From: Methanobacteriota archaeon | GTDB taxonomy: Archaea > Thermoplasmatota > Poseidoniia > Poseidoniales > Thalassarchaeaceae | Assembly (NCBI GenBank): GCA_002730095.1 | Contig: PBZE01000019.1 | Coordinates: 9,071 to 73,070 of the forward strand | DNA: 64,000 nucleotides | Reading direction: 5' to 3' | Shown here: one piece after another, positions 9,609 to 20,782 of the stretch | How positions within the stretch are numbered: position 1 is the first letter of the stretch | How the letters are laid out: each line of letters starts with the position of its first letter | The notes under the pieces: generated by a model | Database searches by the model: none | What the model saw: only the letters and a program-made list of their open reading frames with translations | Told to the model about the DNA's origin: nothing | Position numbers and translations under genes: made by a program

Positions 9609-9728
9609 ATTGCCCCCTAGACATGCCTACAGGGTAGGGGGCTCTATTTCAACGGTCTCTACAAACGCTCCCAAATTTGGCATTTTGACTTACGAAGTCA
9701 TTATTCTGTACAATGGAGGCGCAAATGC

Positions 9729-10664
9729 ATGGAGAGAGGCACGCGAGCCACCTTCCTGGGGCTGGATGAGAAGGAGGAAGGCCCCTGGGACATCGTAATC
9801 CTCCCCATACCTTTCGAGATGACAACAAGTTGGATCGAGGGTACTGAGCTGGGGCCTGCTGCGTGTATTGAGGCTAGCTCTCAAGTCGAGCTTTTTGATC
9901 CGATTCTCCCTGAAGAGCTACCGTGTGGACTGTCTTTCCACACATCTGATCCATGGAGCTCTGAAGCTGGGACGCTCATGGAGCAGCTGAGTTCCATCAA
10001 GAAGTTCTTCTCTCGATGGGTAGGGGATGCATTTCCCCTAATTTTAGGCGGAGAGCATGGAATTCTTCCTCCTTTGATGGATGCATTGTCTGAGCATCCA
10101 AAACTAAATGGGGATATGTCTGGATTGACATTAATTCAGATTGATGCACACGCTGATCTGAGAGAAGAACTGAATGGTGAGAGATTTTCTCATGGGACCG
10201 CGATCCGTAGATCATTGGATGCTGGGATAGGCAGGGTAATTCAAATCGGAACACGGGCCCTTTCAGAGGAAGAGGCGATATTTTCTGACAATGATGATAG
10301 GATTGAAACTTGGTATGCAAGAGATATCTTAGGTGTCACCGGAGGTAAAGTCGGATGGGAAAAAATGCTAGATAGTTTATCCGGCATATCGGGTCCTGTG
10401 TGGATAACCTTCGATATAGACGGACTTGACGGGAAATTGGTTCCATCGACAGGAACACCTGTTCCGGGAGGGTTGTCACATTGGGCTGCTGTTGAGATAA
10501 TTGAGAGGATTTTTTCAGCTCCAGAAGCTGATGTGCTTGGAGCAGATGTGAATGAAATTGCTCCAGGAAAAGACGGCCCGCTGACTGAATTCAATGCCGC
10601 ATTAATAGCGACTAAAATAATCTCATGCCATACTGCAATATTACTGGATAAAAAGGGAGAATGA
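9729..10664 (+). CDS. speB: Agmatinase / arginase-family ureohydrolase
   Basis: GGEHG, DAHAD, SHGT, DIDGLD and TGTPVPGG motifs. Confidence 0.88.
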   Translation: MERGTRATFLGLDEKEEGPWDIVILPIPFEMTTSWIEGTELGPAACIEASSQVELFDPILPEELPCGLSFHTSDPWSSEAGTLMEQLSSIKKFFSRWVGDAFPLILGGEHGILPPLMDALSEHPKLNGDMSGLTLIQIDAHADLREELNGERFSHGTAIRRSLDAGIGRVIQIGTRALSEEEAIFSDNDDRIETWYARDILGVTGGKVGWEKMLDSLSGISGPVWITFDIDGLDGKLVPSTGTPVPGGLSHWAAVEIIERIFSAPEADVLGADVNEIAPGKDGPLTEFNAALIATKIISCHTAILLDKKGE

Positions 10665-10671
10665 TTGTATC

Positions 10672-12168
10672 TTGTCAACGCCTCAGTCGAACATGCGGCG
10701 CTGGCTGACCGTATTGGTCCTATCTTCATTGATGTTCACTTCGATTTCCCCCGTAGCTACTGCTCAGATTGGCCAGCCAGATATTATCCAAGAGCACTGG
10801 TACCACTCCTACGCAACCCTAACTCTTGATCTAAATGAATGGGCGGAAGACCACCCGGATGTTGTCAAGCTTTTCAGCATAGGCCTGACTGAATTGGGAA
10901 GAGAAATTTGGATGCTACAAATCTCTGATTGGGAGGGGGGTGCTTGTTTATCAAGCGAATTAGATGAGTGCGAACACTTCAAGGAAACCGGCGAAGGAGA
11001 GTTGGAAAGGAAAGAAGTTGTGTACATAGATGGTGGCCATCACGGCAATGAACACCTTGGTACAGAGCTTGCCTTTCTAGTCGCTGAGTATTACATCGAG
11101 GGCTGGTCGAATGGCGAACAAGACGTACTAGATGTGTTGGCAACTACTGAGTTACACATTCTAATCATGCTTAATGCAGACGGAAACGACTTCGACACAA
11201 GATGGAATGTTAACCAAGTTGATTTGAATAGAAACTATGACCACTATTGGAACACCTGTGATTCTACTCAACCTGGAACTTCAGCATTCAGTGAGTCGGA
11301 GACTCTGGCTAATTCGATTTACATGAACGAAGTAGTTCCCCATGCCGATTTATACATCACTATGCACACAGGGGTTTGGATCATGCTCTATCCTTGGGGC
11401 AAGTGGCCAGAGCAACCTTCTGACTGGGAAATGTACCACCATATCAGAGATGAGGTCAATTCGAACATTTCTGAAATCCCAATTCGTAATGCCAACCAAG
11501 GACTCTATCCTAATTGCGGAACCAGCCGAGATTATGGCTACGGCGTGATGGGATATCCTACATTTACCTTTGAGACTGATGATGAGCAGTTCTTACTAGG
11601 GACAGTAGAGGCACTCTCCGACAGACTGGGAGAGGAGCTCGATGTTATGCATTACCTCATCGAAAATGTATGGTACTGGAGAGCTCGTCTTGTAGTCGAA
11701 TCCTTGGAGGTTGAAGATGGGAAGGTGCACCTGAGCGTATCTAACCTAGGGCACTCTAGTACGTCGAATGCGACGCTTCTATATTTTGAAAGTGGAGATT
11801 CAACTGAGTTCTGGCTTCCTGGTTCAGATGAACCCATGGAAGTAACAGGAACTATGGACATACAGGATAGAAGATCAGATTTCAACTTCTCCGCTCCCGG
11901 ATATGGATTCGCGGTCAATGCCACTAATAGCACCTCAACAACCCTCGATTTCACGGACGCGCCAATCTCCGGCGAGGGGGTTTGGGCCCTTTACTATCAA
12001 AAGAGAGTGATTGATTCCTCGATGTGGACTGAGGAGTTGATTGGCGAGAGCGTTACTGAGATTAAGGCTGGTAACTCAGGCATTCTTCCCGGGCCTACAA
12101 TGGTGCTTGTCTTCGTCGCATTCGCTCTAGCTGCAATCAATAGAAGAAATGATGAAAAAGATGAGTAG
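10672..12168 (+). CDS. Secreted M14 zinc carboxypeptidase with C-terminal membrane anchor
   Basis: Signal peptide; HHGNE, NADG, DLNRNY, TMHTG and FTFE motifs; LPGP + TM + RR tail resembling a PGF-CTERM-type sorting signal. Confidence 0.88.
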   Translation: MSTPQSNMRRWLTVLVLSSLMFTSISPVATAQIGQPDIIQEHWYHSYATLTLDLNEWAEDHPDVVKLFSIGLTELGREIWMLQISDWEGGACLSSELDECEHFKETGEGELERKEVVYIDGGHHGNEHLGTELAFLVAEYYIEGWSNGEQDVLDVLATTELHILIMLNADGNDFDTRWNVNQVDLNRNYDHYWNTCDSTQPGTSAFSESETLANSIYMNEVVPHADLYITMHTGVWIMLYPWGKWPEQPSDWEMYHHIRDEVNSNISEIPIRNANQGLYPNCGTSRDYGYGVMGYPTFTFETDDEQFLLGTVEALSDRLGEELDVMHYLIENVWYWRARLVVESLEVEDGKVHLSVSNLGHSSTSNATLLYFESGDSTEFWLPGSDEPMEVTGTMDIQDRRSDFNFSAPGYGFAVNATNSTSTTLDFTDAPISGEGVWALYYQKRVIDSSMWTEELIGESVTEIKAGNSGILPGPTMVLVFVAFALAAINRRNDEKDE

Positions 12169-12263
12169 TTTACTTTAGTTATATATCAATTATGACTCTA
12201 AATTGACATTTTGTGATAGAATTGTTTGTAAACTAGTACCTAATCGTATAGTTGGTTCTATTT

Positions 12264-13787
12264 ATGGAGATAAGCAACGGTGAGTTTACAGAATTGGGAA
12301 AACAATTGATTTTACCTCTTTTCAAAGGCGTAGAAAGAGCTCCAAACAACTCCCTGTCAGGATTATCAAGGATTCAGAGAGGGCTGGTCAGAGACGCATT
12401 GATCTCAGGCGGCTTCGCAGGGAAGAAGAGCGAGAGAATGGCATTATGGACACCGGAGTGCAATATTGTACTTGTTGGAATGGGTCCCAAAAATGGTTTG
12501 GATCACAAAGTTGCTCGTGATGCTGGGGCCAATATTATCGCTTCATTATCCAAGAAAAATGGAGTTGAGGTTACGGTAAGGTTCACTTCGGGGTGGACAG
12601 GAGATAGGATGTTAGATTTCGCTGAAGGAATGATGCTTCGTGATTATGAGTTCTTAGAGCACCAGGAAGTCCCAGATGATCATATAAGTAAGAATTGGGA
12701 GGTTAATTTCCAAGCCAGTTCGAGATATCAGGAAATTCTTTCTATGGAGCTCGAGAGAGTTCACTCAGTTGTCAAGGGAGTGCATCTAGCACGTGATCTA
12801 GGGAACGAGCCAGCTAACGTTCTCTATCCCATGGAGTATGCGAGAAGGGCTTTGGAATGGGCTGAAGGGAAAGAAAATGTGTCTGTCGAAGTCTATGACT
12901 GGGATAAGTTGCATGAGCTTGGTATGGGAGGCCTGATTAATGTTGGAAAGGGCAGTGAAAGAAGGCCATGCATGGTACTTTTTACACTTAATCCAGATGC
13001 TGATGAGGGAGTTCAGAGACCCTGTATTGTAGGGAAGGGGATAACCTTTGACACTGGAGGAATATCGATTAAGCCCACTAGTGGAATGTGGGATATGAAG
13101 TACGATATGTGTGGAGCAGCAACTGTTTTCGGGCTCATGGATGCACTTTATTCCACCGGATACAAGAGGCGTGTGAATGGAATCTCCTGTCTTGCTGAGA
13201 ATATGCCAGGTTCTGGTGCTTATCGTCCAGGAGATGTATTCAAAACATATTCGGGTAAGACCATTGAGGTATTCAGTACGGATGCAGAGGGTAGGAATGT
13301 GCTTTCTGACGGCCTGTGGAAGGCAGGAGAGTTTGATCCGGAGTATATCGTGGACTTGGCTACCTTGACCGGAGCCGTGATTGTGGCTTTGGGAAACCAG
13401 ATTTCTGGAATGTGGTCAAATAATGAGGAGGTTGCTTCTAAACTCAAAAATGCAGCAGAGAGAAGCGGTGAGCCAGTCTGGAGAATGCCGTTGAACGATC
13501 AGTTCCGAAAGTACATGACTGACTCCGCATTTGCGGACATAAGAAACGGATCAATAGGAGGCAGGGCAGGTTCATCGAACACCGCTGCCGCGTTCCTAGA
13601 ATTCTTCGTTCCCAATAGGGGATTCGACAAAGACGGTGAGAAGATACCATGGGTACACCTCGATATTGCCGGATCGGCGTGGGGCCCAGGTTCAAAGGCT
13701 CGGTCAGAGAGTGTGAATCCCCTGTTCCAGTATGGAACATCTGGGATACACGTCAGGACTCTTCATAGACTAATTACAGAAAATTGA
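12264..13787 (+). CDS. pepA: Leucyl aminopeptidase (M17)
   Basis: VGKGITFDTGG, MKYDMCGA, TDAEGR, ATLTGA and WVHLDIAG. Confidence 0.94.
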   Translation: MEISNGEFTELGKQLILPLFKGVERAPNNSLSGLSRIQRGLVRDALISGGFAGKKSERMALWTPECNIVLVGMGPKNGLDHKVARDAGANIIASLSKKNGVEVTVRFTSGWTGDRMLDFAEGMMLRDYEFLEHQEVPDDHISKNWEVNFQASSRYQEILSMELERVHSVVKGVHLARDLGNEPANVLYPMEYARRALEWAEGKENVSVEVYDWDKLHELGMGGLINVGKGSERRPCMVLFTLNPDADEGVQRPCIVGKGITFDTGGISIKPTSGMWDMKYDMCGAATVFGLMDALYSTGYKRRVNGISCLAENMPGSGAYRPGDVFKTYSGKTIEVFSTDAEGRNVLSDGLWKAGEFDPEYIVDLATLTGAVIVALGNQISGMWSNNEEVASKLKNAAERSGEPVWRMPLNDQFRKYMTDSAFADIRNGSIGGRAGSSNTAAAFLEFFVPNRGFDKDGEKIPWVHLDIAGSAWGPGSKARSESVNPLFQYGTSGIHVRTLHRLITEN

Positions 13788-15668
13788 CTACTCATCGGAG
13801 TCTTCTGAATCGACTTCCTGAAAGTCGGCTTCTACGACATCGTCAGAGTCTCCAGATTCCTGTTCTTCTGCCATTTCTGCTGCAGCAGCTTCGTATAGCT
13901 TGGTCGAAACTTCGTGGAGAGCCTCTTCGACTTCTGCCATCTTTGCCTGAACTGCAGCCTCATCTAATTCATCGACATCAATTGTTTTGTCATCTTTAGT
14001 GATCAATGACCTCAGTTCCTCTAGCTTAGCATGGATAGGTTCAGTATCTAGATCTGAGACCTTTTCGGCCGCTTCCTTGAGCATCTTGGATGACTGATAT
14101 ACCATTCCATCTGCAGAATTGATTAGGGTGACTCCAGCTTTCCTCCTCTTGTCCTCAGAAGCGAACTCTTCGGCCTCAGAAATCTTTGCGTTTATCTCGT
14201 CTTCGGATAAAGAGGTCTGACTTTCAATCTTGATTGACTGTTCGGTTCCAGTACCAAGGTCTTTGGCCGACACATTGACAATCCCATTGGCATCAATATC
14301 GAAAGTAACTTCGATTTGAGGAATTCCTCTTGGAGAAGGAGGGATACCCATCAGATGGAACCTCCCGAGAGTGATATTGTCCTTAGCGAACTCTCTCTCG
14401 CCCTGTAACACGTGAACTTCGACCGCGGGCTGGTTATCAGCTGCTGTAGAGAAAGTCTCGGATCTACGAGTTGGTATCGTGGTATTTCTCTCGATCATCG
14501 TGGTCATTATCCCCCCCAGGGTCTCAATGCCTAAGGTCAACGGGGTTACATCGAGAAGAAGGACATCGGTCACTCCCTCGTCTCCAGTGATGATTCCTGC
14601 TTGGAGGACCGCCCCGACTGCAACAGCTTCATCGGGGTTTATTCCCTTGAATGGTGGCTTTCCAACTTCCTCCTCTATTGCTTCTTGAACAGCAGGAACC
14701 CTGGTTGAACCACCAACAAGTATGACCTTGTCGACATTTCCTTTCTTGATACCTGCATCCTTCATTGCCCTACGAGTGGGAGCCATTGTCCTCTCCACTA
14801 GAGCTTCAATTAGGCTCTCAAACTTGGCTCTAGAAAGTGAGATGTCTAGATGCTCAGGCTGACCATCACTGTTCATGGTGATGAATGGAAGATTGATTTG
14901 GGTAGTAGTAGTGCCCGAGAGTTCTATTTTGGCCTTCTCAGCAGCTTCTCTCAGCCTAGTAATTGCCGTTACGTCACTAGAAAGATCTATTCCAGTCGAT
15001 TTCTTGAATTCCGACACCAGCCAATCGATGACGACTTCATCGAAATCATCCCCTCCAAGTCGGTTATCCCCACTGGTGGCCTTGACCTCGATTTGGGGCT
15101 GACCATCAACTTGATAGATTTCGAGGACTGATACATCAAATGTCCCGCCTCCCAGATCATATACCAATATTGTCTGATCATCGTCTTTGTCTACCCCATA
15201 CGCAAGGGCTGCCGCAGTAGGCTCGTTTATAATTCTGAGAACCTCTAGCCCTGCGATCCTTCCAGCATCCTTTGTTGCCTGTCTTTGGGCATCGGTGAAG
15301 TACGCGGGGCACGTGATCACGGCTTGCTTCACTTCTCGTCCAAGATAGTCTTCAGCATCCGATTTTAATTTCTGGAGAATGAAAGCTGAAATCTCCTGGG
15401 GAGTATACTCAGAGTCATCAATATCTGTTTTCCAATCAGTCCCCATCTCTCTCTTGACGGACATGATGGTTCTTTCAGAGTTGGTTACAGCTTGACGCTT
15501 TGCAGTTATTCCTACAACTCTATCTCCACCATTCTTAGAAAATGCGACGACGCTTGGTGTTGTCCTCGATCCTTCAGAATTTGGTATTACCACGGGTTTA
15601 CCCGCTTCAAGCGTCGCTACACAGCTATTTGTCGTTCCTAAATCTATTCCAATTACTGGTCCAGTCAT
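13788..15668 (-). CDS. dnaK: Chaperone DnaK (Hsp70), Gram-positive/archaeal type
   Basis: [23 protein letters not shown] and VGGSTR. Lacks the proteobacterial N-terminal-domain insert. Confidence 0.98.
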   Translation of the reverse strand: MTGPVIGIDLGTTNSCVATLEAGKPVVIPNSEGSRTTPSVVAFSKNGGDRVVGITAKRQAVTNSERTIMSVKREMGTDWKTDIDDSEYTPQEISAFILQKLKSDAEDYLGREVKQAVITCPAYFTDAQRQATKDAGRIAGLEVLRIINEPTAAALAYGVDKDDDQTILVYDLGGGTFDVSVLEIYQVDGQPQIEVKATSGDNRLGGDDFDEVVIDWLVSEFKKSTGIDLSSDVTAITRLREAAEKAKIELSGTTTTQINLPFITMNSDGQPEHLDISLSRAKFESLIEALVERTMAPTRRAMKDAGIKKGNVDKVILVGGSTRVPAVQEAIEEEVGKPPFKGINPDEAVAVGAVLQAGIITGDEGVTDVLLLDVTPLTLGIETLGGIMTTMIERNTTIPTRRSETFSTAADNQPAVEVHVLQGEREFAKDNITLGRFHLMGIPPSPRGIPQIEVTFDIDANGIVNVSAKDLGTGTEQSIKIESQTSLSEDEINAKISEAEEFASEDKRRKAGVTLINSADGMVYQSSKMLKEAAEKVSDLDTEPIHAKLEELRSLITKDDKTIDVDELDEAAVQAKMAEVEEALHEVSTKLYEAAAAEMAEEQESGDSDDVVEADFQEVDSEDSDE

Positions 15669-15690
15669 TTTTATTCCTCCGTTTGATAGG

Positions 15691-16287
15691 CTAAGCCTTA
15701 TCGAAAATGATGTCTAGAATACCATTGTTCAGGCTCCATTCCGAGACTGAAGATGCTTCTTGTGGCAGATTGATACTCTTGATTGGTCTAAGTTGAGTTC
15801 TCCTCATTATCTGGAGGACTTTGCCGCCATGAGACAGAATCAACTCGAAGCTGCTTTCATCTAAATCAACAATATTTGAGACGTCTATAGTAACGAACAT
15901 TGATTCCCCATCAATGTAAGTATCTTCCAGTGGAACATCGGACTCTTCAACTTGGTCATCCTCGATTACCACCTCTGCAGGCTCTTGATCGGGACCAACC
16001 TGAACATTGATCCCCATGTTCTTGAATATCTCCGAGAATCCCTCTGGATGATTCATGAAAGCTTCCATTTGCTTCCTGAAGTTCTCTGGATCTCCTTGAA
16101 AGTTCATTTTTACATTGCTGTTGTAGATACTCTCTGCATCAATGCCCATACTTTCGAATTGCTGACGAATTCTAGAGATTGTATCTTCCAGTTCCGATCT
16201 GTCAATTGGCATGCCCATCTGGCTGAAGAGATTTAGCATCTGCTGAATCATTTTTTCTTCCCATTCGTCAGAGTTGGAGCTGCTCAT
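15691..16287 (-). CDS. Hypothetical protein with a C-terminal Hsp20/alpha-crystallin-like segment
   Basis: C-terminal [22 protein letters not shown] resembles the last strands of archaeal sHSPs. Met/Phe/Gln-rich N-terminus; directly upstream of dnaK. Confidence 0.55.
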   Translation of the reverse strand: MSSSNSDEWEEKMIQQMLNLFSQMGMPIDRSELEDTISRIRQQFESMGIDAESIYNSNVKMNFQGDPENFRKQMEAFMNHPEGFSEIFKNMGINVQVGPDQEPAEVVIEDDQVEESDVPLEDTYIDGESMFVTIDVSNIVDLDESSFELILSHGGKVLQIMRRTQLRPIKSINLPQEASSVSEWSLNNGILDIIFDKA

Positions 16288-16428
16288 TCAATCACTACTT
16301 AACCATCGGTTGTATAGTGGGAATGTACTCCAATATATGAACATACGTATTATCTGAAGCAAGAATTAGAAGAATTGAGTTGTTTGGGCAATGGAGAGTT
16401 TGAAATCTAGTGCTTGATTCCGAGTATC

Positions 16429-18042
16429 ATGGTGCAGGCTGAACATGATGTTGCAATACAAGACACCGACAGATTAGAGGGTCGTGCAGCATTGGTGAAC
16501 AACGTCAAGGCTGCCGTTGCTCTTGCGGGTGCGGTAAGGTCAACTCTAGGGCCTAGAGGATTAGACAAGATGCTAGTAGATGGTGATGGGAGTAGTCTAG
16601 TTACGAACGACGGAGTTACTGTAATTGAGACTGCTAGAGTTGAGCATCCTACTGCAAGACTGCTGATTTCGGCCTCTTCATCACAGGACAAAGCTGCCAG
16701 AGATGGCACCACATCTACAGTCGTCCTGACTGCAGAGTTACTGCAGAATTCTCTGGAGCTAGTTAGGATGGGGGTTCATCCATCTACTATAATCAATGGG
16801 TATTTACTGGCTGAAAGGGAGTCAATTTCTGAGCTTGAGAGAGTATCAAGAGAGACTATTTCTCCTGAAGAGATGAAATCAGTAATCTCCACTACTTTAG
16901 CCGGGAAGATAAGTAGTGCATTGGCATCCCATATCACGGATATCGCATTGGAGGCCGCCGAGATACTTTCAGAGGAGAATGGGGGCGATGATCTGGAAAG
17001 ATTGAGAGTCAAGAGGCTCGAGGTTAGTGGAGGACTATCGACAGACAGTACTTTGATCAAAGGACTAATGATAGCGAAAACAAGGGTCGATATGGGGACC
17101 CCTAGATCTTCTGGAGAAGGGACGATAGCCATCATAGATGGTGGTTTGGAAAATGCAAAGTTGGAAATGGAAGCTGAGATAGAAGTAAGTAGTCCCGGTG
17201 TTCTCAGAGATTTCCATGAGAGATCTATTGCTAATCTCAGGAAGTCAGTTGATCATCTTTCATCACTAGGCGTAGATCTCCTCATTGTCAGAGATGGAGT
17301 CTCTGATGAAGCAGTGCCAATGTTGTCTGATAAGGGAATCACATCTTACAGGAGATTTGAGAGAATCGACCTGGAGATTCTTTCTAGGATCACAGGGGCG
17401 CGAATTATCAGAGACCCTCTGCGAATATCGGAGGAAGATCTTGGTACTTTCACCAATAGGGAAGAGGAGTCGATTGCTGGGGTGACTCATACGACTATCG
17501 AAGGTCCCGAACGAGGGGCCCTGACCGTAGTCTTCAGAGGGACCTCTCCACACATCAGAGAAGAGGTCATGAGGGCTTTTGATGATGCTATGGGCGTCTC
17601 ATTCAGAATGGTCAGGGACTCAAGAGTTGTTCCTGGAGGCGGGGCAATACAAATCCATCTTGCTAGGCACATTAGGGCGTTTGCCCTAGGGAATCCTGGA
17701 CGTGAGCAATTGGCAATAGAAGGATATGCAGCAGCTCTTGAGGTCATTCCTAGAGCTCTGGCTGAGAATGCAGGGCTGGACCCGATAGATGTGGTTCTAG
17801 ATTTATCTGCTGCGCAGGCATCTGATCAAAATAATGGATCTTGGATTGGGCTTGATGCCACTACGGGAAGGAAGGTCAGAATGGATGAGATCGGAATCTT
17901 CGACCCTCTGTTTGTTACAAGTCACTCGATCTCTGGTTCCACAGAGGCCGCGATCAGTATTCTGAGAATCAATGATGTGTTGTGGGCAAAGCAGGATCCA
18001 ACAACTCCTGATTGGAAAGATGAAGAGGATCAAGAAGACTGA
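16429..18042 (+). CDS. Group II chaperonin (thermosome) subunit, divergent paralog
   Basis: STLGPRGLDKML, VTNDGVT, DGTTS, VPGGGA, IPRALAENAG and ILRIND. Confidence 0.9.
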   Translation: MVQAEHDVAIQDTDRLEGRAALVNNVKAAVALAGAVRSTLGPRGLDKMLVDGDGSSLVTNDGVTVIETARVEHPTARLLISASSSQDKAARDGTTSTVVLTAELLQNSLELVRMGVHPSTIINGYLLAERESISELERVSRETISPEEMKSVISTTLAGKISSALASHITDIALEAAEILSEENGGDDLERLRVKRLEVSGGLSTDSTLIKGLMIAKTRVDMGTPRSSGEGTIAIIDGGLENAKLEMEAEIEVSSPGVLRDFHERSIANLRKSVDHLSSLGVDLLIVRDGVSDEAVPMLSDKGITSYRRFERIDLEILSRITGARIIRDPLRISEEDLGTFTNREEESIAGVTHTTIEGPERGALTVVFRGTSPHIREEVMRAFDDAMGVSFRMVRDSRVVPGGGAIQIHLARHIRAFALGNPGREQLAIEGYAAALEVIPRALAENAGLDPIDVVLDLSAAQASDQNNGSWIGLDATTGRKVRMDEIGIFDPLFVTSHSISGSTEAAISILRINDVLWAKQDPTTPDWKDEEDQED

Positions 18043-18995
18043 TTTTTTCTTAGATTATCTATCATCTCATCGACCATTCTGTCTAAATCGAATTCCGCCT
18101 GCCATCCCCAATCTTTCTTGGCTGGGCCATCATCTATGTCATCAGGCCAAGAGTCTGCCACTTCTTGTCTGAAGTCTGGATTGAAATCACATGTGAATTC
18201 AGGAATCCTCTCAGAGATCTTATCGGCCAATTCACCCGCGGTGAATGAGATGCCTCTGACATTGTAACCGGCTCTAGAAGGGCCCAATCTGCTCCCATCC
18301 ACCTCCATTAGACATTCAGTGGCCCTAATTGCATCATCAATATACATCATTGGAAGTCTCGTATCCTCACTAACAAAGCAATCGTAATGCCCGTCCTTAA
18401 CTGCCGCATGGAAGATATCAACAGCATAGTCCGTGGTTCCTCCACCGGCGGGGGCCCTCCATGATATCAAGCCTGGGAACCTAAGGCCCCTGATGTCAAC
18501 CCCATATTGCTTGAAGTAGTTCATCCCTAAGACTTCTCCAGTTACCTTTGTTTTGCCATATATTGTGGTTGGGTTAAGGGGGGTTTTCTGGGAGGCAATA
18601 TTTGGAGAGTCGGGTCCGAAAACAGCTATTGATGACGGGGCGAAAACCTTCAGTCCGAAATCCCTAGCTGCTTCTAATACACTGACAGTGCCACCGACAT
18701 TGACTCTATGGCAAAGGTCGGGATTCTTCTCTCCTGCTGCAGATAATATCGCTGCAAGATGGAATACTGTCCCTATTCCCTCGTCTAGCACGATTTTCTC
18801 CAGTGCTTCTCCATCCAAAACGCTAAGATTACAAAATGGCCCGTCCGGAAAGTAAGATTCTTCGCTAGGTTCCCTGATATCTGTCGCCAAAACAGTATCT
18901 TTGCCGTACTTATTCCTAAGCGCAGAAACCAGTTCAGTTCCTATCTGACCCAATGCTCCTGTGACTAGTATTCTGTCCCCGGGCGGCTCGGCCAT
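18030..18995 (-). CDS. L-threonine 3-dehydrogenase (SDR / NAD-dependent epimerase type)
   Basis: TGALGQIG, HLAAILSAAGE, PSSIAVFG, YGKTK, GGGTTDYAV, LPMMY and RQxxADSWP. Confidence 0.88.
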   Translation of the reverse strand: MAEPPGDRILVTGALGQIGTELVSALRNKYGKDTVLATDIREPSEESYFPDGPFCNLSVLDGEALEKIVLDEGIGTVFHLAAILSAAGEKNPDLCHRVNVGGTVSVLEAARDFGLKVFAPSSIAVFGPDSPNIASQKTPLNPTTIYGKTKVTGEVLGMNYFKQYGVDIRGLRFPGLISWRAPAGGGTTDYAVDIFHAAVKDGHYDCFVSEDTRLPMMYIDDAIRATECLMEVDGSRLGPSRAGYNVRGISFTAGELADKISERIPEFTCDFNPDFRQEVADSWPDDIDDGPAKKDWGWQAEFDLDRMVDEMIDNLRKNQSS

Positions 18996-19078
18996 GAAAC
19001 TCCCCAAAGCTGGAGCTACTTGGTCATTGATGTCCAATATTGACCAATTGTTGTCCCAATGTTGATATGCGAGGCACA

Positions 19079-20749
19079 ATGGCTTCAGACCCCGTTGATT
19101 ACATGAAGTATGTCGTAGTTACGGGCGGAGTCCTGTCAGGATTGGGTAAAGGAGTGACTGCTAGTAGCATAGGGGTTCTCCTAAAATCGGCTGGATTGAG
19201 GGTGACTTCGATTAAGATCGATCCGTATCTGAATAGTGACGCTGGAACTATGTCCCCATTCGAACATGGGGAGGTATTCGTCCTCGATGATGGAGGCGAA
19301 GTGGATCTTGATTTGGGAAATTATGAGAGGTTTTTGGATGTAGCTCTGACGAGGGACAACAATATCACTACCGGAAAGGTATATGCCAATGTAATCGAGA
19401 AGGAGAGAAGGGGCGACTATCTCGGAAAGACGGTTCAGGTAGTTCCCCACATCACCAATGAGATTCAAGAATGGATAGAAAGAGTGGCTCACGTCCCAGC
19501 AGATGGTTCATCTGAGACTCCTGATGCATGCGTGATAGAGTTAGGAGGGACAGTTGGAGACATTGAAAGCGCCCCATTTATCGAAGCGTTACGACAATTC
19601 CAGTTTAGGGCGGGTAAAGGAAACGTCTGCTTTGTGCATGTTAGCTTGGTTCCAGTAATGGGACCAGTTGGTGAGCAGAAAACAAAGCCTACTCAGCATA
19701 CAGTGAAAGAATTAAGGGGATTGGGAATAATTCCCGATATTCTGGTTTGCAGATCAGAGAAACCTCTTGATTCTGAGACGAAGTCAAAATTGGCCGCATT
19801 CTGTCATGTGGGTGAAGATGCAGTTGTTTCCGCGCATGATGTTTCCAATCTCTACCAGATTCCAATTTCTCTCTTCGAACAATCCGTCCTAGGCAAAGTG
19901 TCGAGTCATTTGGGCTTTGAAGTTCCACAGAATTTACCAATTCTAGATGAATGGAAGGAGATGGCGGATAAAGTGGATACTCTTGAGGATCAAGTTAGAA
20001 TTGCTATGGTGGGAAAATATACCGGGCTTTCCGACTCGTACCTCTCTGTGATAAAAGCTCTACAGCATAGTGCATTCGCCGTTGATAGAAAATTGATAAT
20101 AGATTGGATAGAGTCTGCTGATCTAGATCCAAATGACAGGACGGACAGGTATGAAGAAGCTTGGAGAATCTTGAAGGAGGCGGATGGGATTTTGGTACCA
20201 GGAGGGTTTGGTAATCGTGGCGTCGAAGGTAAGATTGCTGCGGCAAATTATGCTAGAGTCAATAGGGTCCCATATCTTGGAGTATGTTTAGGCTTACAGA
20301 TAGCAACCATAGAGTTCTGTAGAAATGTTCTGAATTTGCACGGGGCTAACTCCGCTGAGTTCGATGAGGAAGCCCCGGTACATGCGGTAGTTTTCATGCC
20401 TGAAATTTCCAAGACACACATGGGAGGGACAATGAGATTAGGCTCGAAGCCCACTCCATTCTTAGTAGATGATTGCAAGATCAGGAGATTGTATGGGGAT
20501 GTGGATTATGTGGACGAGCGTCATAGGCATCGCTACGAGGTTAACCCTGATCTGATTGATAGAATTGAGTCTTCGGGACTGAAGTATGTTGGAAAGGATG
20601 AGACTGGTAAGAGGTGTGAGATTATGGAACTTGAAGGGCATCCGTATTATGTCGGCACTCAATATCATCCAGAGTTCAAATCTAGACCGGGGAGGCCGAG
20701 CCCTCCGTTCCTAGGCCTTCTGAAAGCTGCGTGTGGACAAGAAATCTAG
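19079..20749 (+). CDS. pyrG: CTP synthase
   Basis: [39 protein letters not shown] and QYHPEF. Confidence 0.98.
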   Translation: MASDPVDYMKYVVVTGGVLSGLGKGVTASSIGVLLKSAGLRVTSIKIDPYLNSDAGTMSPFEHGEVFVLDDGGEVDLDLGNYERFLDVALTRDNNITTGKVYANVIEKERRGDYLGKTVQVVPHITNEIQEWIERVAHVPADGSSETPDACVIELGGTVGDIESAPFIEALRQFQFRAGKGNVCFVHVSLVPVMGPVGEQKTKPTQHTVKELRGLGIIPDILVCRSEKPLDSETKSKLAAFCHVGEDAVVSAHDVSNLYQIPISLFEQSVLGKVSSHLGFEVPQNLPILDEWKEMADKVDTLEDQVRIAMVGKYTGLSDSYLSVIKALQHSAFAVDRKLIIDWIESADLDPNDRTDRYEEAWRILKEADGILVPGGFGNRGVEGKIAAANYARVNRVPYLGVCLGLQIATIEFCRNVLNLHGANSAEFDEEAPVHAVVFMPEISKTHMGGTMRLGSKPTPFLVDDCKIRRLYGDVDYVDERHRHRYEVNPDLIDRIESSGLKYVGKDETGKRCEIMELEGHPYYVGTQYHPEFKSRPGRPSPPFLGLLKAACGQEI

Positions 20750-20782
20750 TAGATTAAAATATTATTTCGCTTATTGTGGTTC

